From: Ascidiella aspersa
Lineage: Eukaryota
Assembly (NCBI GenBank): GCA_963924565.1
Contig: OZ004612.1
Location: forward strand, 26,908,001 to 26,972,000
DNA length: 64,000 nt
Reading direction: 5' to 3'
In this document: positions 62,132-64,000 of the stretch, one piece after another
Numbering within the stretch: position 1 is the first letter of the stretch
How the letters are laid out: each line of letters opens with the position of its first letter
Program-made: the position numbers and the translations under genes
The notes under the pieces: generated by a model
What the model was told of the DNA's origin: nothing
The model's database searches: none
The model's input: the letters and a program-made list of their open reading frames with translations, nothing else

Positions 62132-63894
62132 ATGTTGAGTGCTTTGATTGTTGCTTATCTACTGAATAGCGTCCAAGCCGATCTGGACTTCAAACAAATC
62201 GGCAGAACTTCCAATGGCCGACCACAGATTTCGAAGCGGGACCCTCAAATGGTGAATATACAGAAACGTTGTTTGAGTGAAAAATTTATCCAATCTTGTA
62301 TGTATGTGTACTGTGTTATCACGACCTTCTGGAGTCGTACTTAGCTAACGATAACGGCACACCGGATGCCTTCGGAAAGGTTTATCGAAATCAGACGGCT
62401 GGGGCAGGATTATAAGGCAAGAAAAGTCAGGCTTTAAAAACAACTAGCCTGCGGTGCGGTTCGAACTCACGACCTCCGTTCGTAGCTGTACCGTCTCTCT
62501 ATAAACTGAGCTACACAGGCTCTGAGGAAAACACGTCGAGAAACGACCATAGCACCATTGTCTACTGCATCCACTATAATGTAGTACAATTGCGGGTTAT
62601 ATATAATAAGGTTATGATGAAGATATCAATCTGAAGAATTGTACTTTGATCTTCCTAGTTCTGAACTAGGCACGTACGTTATGTGTGAACTGGACGACGC
62701 TAGCGTTTTGCGCCAGACGCTAACGCTAAACAAAACGCGTCTAGAGTGAACCAAACAAAACGCGTCTAGTGTGAACCAACCTCAAGGGGTCGCGGAACGT
62801 AAACGTTTCAACATGGTTTCATCGATTCCTATTTTTCTCTAAAAACACACTGGTTTATAGAACAAAAAGAAGGACTAACTGACTGTTTCAAATTTCCTTC
62901 CAACCTTTGGGGGTCGCGAAACCAGACGCTAACACTAACGCCAAAGAAAACGCGTCTAGTGTGCACCAACCTTAAGGTGTCGCATAACTATTTAGTTAAT
63001 TTAGTTAGCTAGGTTATACTGTGCGTTAAAGTAAGTCTGCATCCATATTTAAAAAGGTTAATTTTCTAAAAATACAAAATTTACCGGCACACTTGACAAT
63101 ATCTATAGAGGTACACAGTATGCCACGACAAACAATTAGAGATTAGCTGCTTTGTGGACTTTACACCTTTTAAACTCTACAACAAGATACATTGAGTGAC
63201 CGTTGGGTTTTCTTGGCCGCCTATTACAGGTATTCACATGGTTAGGATTCATTGAGAATGGCTCTGAACAAGTTTCGCCAATACTCTAGTAAATTGTAGA
63301 AGCAATGCAAAGACATGACGCATATTTATTAAATTTAAAATTATTTATTATAATGTATTATATTTTGTTCGCTTACAAAAAGTTCAGCGAAGAGAATTAT
63401 GTCACCAAAGCTTCGCACTTGTGGGACGCGTACCACAGGTTGGATGTTTGGAACCACTGCTCTAAGGTTACGGGTTTTTTTGGCAACCGCTTGATAATTA
63501 CTCTTGTCATTCGTATTACAAGAAACCATTTTTTTTAAACCAACCTGGCCTAGATATTTCGAACAACAAATAGTACACCAGTAGTACAAAATGGTTCGAG
63601 TGACGTTATGGTTGATCAAAACTGACGACTTCAAGGTGGCTAGATCACAGTCGATCTCTTATGCATGAATGTTTTTTTTATTATTTTCAAACAGGTTAGA
63701 TCAGCATCAGTGGCCATCCCACCTACACAGAACTCTTTTGCGAGCGTGTATTACAATGTCGGCTTCCAGATATCCTGCTACCAGGGATGGTATTACAACA
63801 TCGACACCATCACCAACATAATACTCTGGTATGGCAAGTATGGTTGCTGGTGCGGACTTGGCGGAAGCGGTTCCACAGTGGATGAAATTGACAG
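62132..63894 (+). CDS. Secreted phospholipase A2 (group I/II/V/X-like fold), 5' part only. Exons 62132-62251 and 63695-63894; the gene continues beyond the window
   Basis: Exon 2 encodes YGKYGCWCGLGGSGSTVDEIDR, the sPLA2 Ca2+-binding loop, and ends in a phase-2 donor (GAC AG|gtttgt) just before the expected CCxxHD. Exon 1 encodes a signal-peptide-like N-terminus and a KR-containing propeptide and joins in phase 0. The exon 1 assignment is less certain than exon 2. Confidence 0.85.
62297..62520 (-). mobile_element. tRNA-derived SINE in the PLA2 intron
   Basis: Reverse complement reads GCCTGTGTAGCTCAG...GGAGGTCGTGAGTTCGAACC..., with a body ending in a short ACAT-repeat tail. Confidence 0.75.
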
Positions 63895-64000
63895 GTTTGT
63901 TACCATGCAAAATGCCTGGAATTGGGTAGCTTAAAATGTCAAATTGTATCAGAATGGAAAAATGTTGGATTTCGAAAACATATACGTATGTATTTATTTG

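Overview
AT-rich eukaryotic (animal) genomic DNA with GT-AG introns and many small transposon relics. An ascidian/tunicate origin is my inference, based on TGACGTCA-rich 'DDV' coding repeats and the peptide architecture. About 1-15.6 kb is gene-poor and holds hAT-type MITEs, foldback elements and Penelope-type minimal hammerhead motifs. About 15.7-43.9 kb is a head-to-tail triplication of an unrecognised two-coding-exon gene of ~1200-1260 aa. Its parts are a Q/P-rich N-terminus, one conserved ~95-aa domain (duplicated in copy 3), acidic heptad repeats, an NLS, and a C-terminal motif resembling the ATF7IP-binding ITEIFSL of MBD1. About 44.7-58 kb is a tandem cluster of three tiny 4-exon genes for ~60-aa secreted prepropeptides that the ORF track misses, with an inverted orphan terminal exon and a promoter-only remnant. 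From 62.1 kb to the end is the 5' part of a secreted phospholipase A2 gene. All gene models were spliced by eye and no database search was possible.
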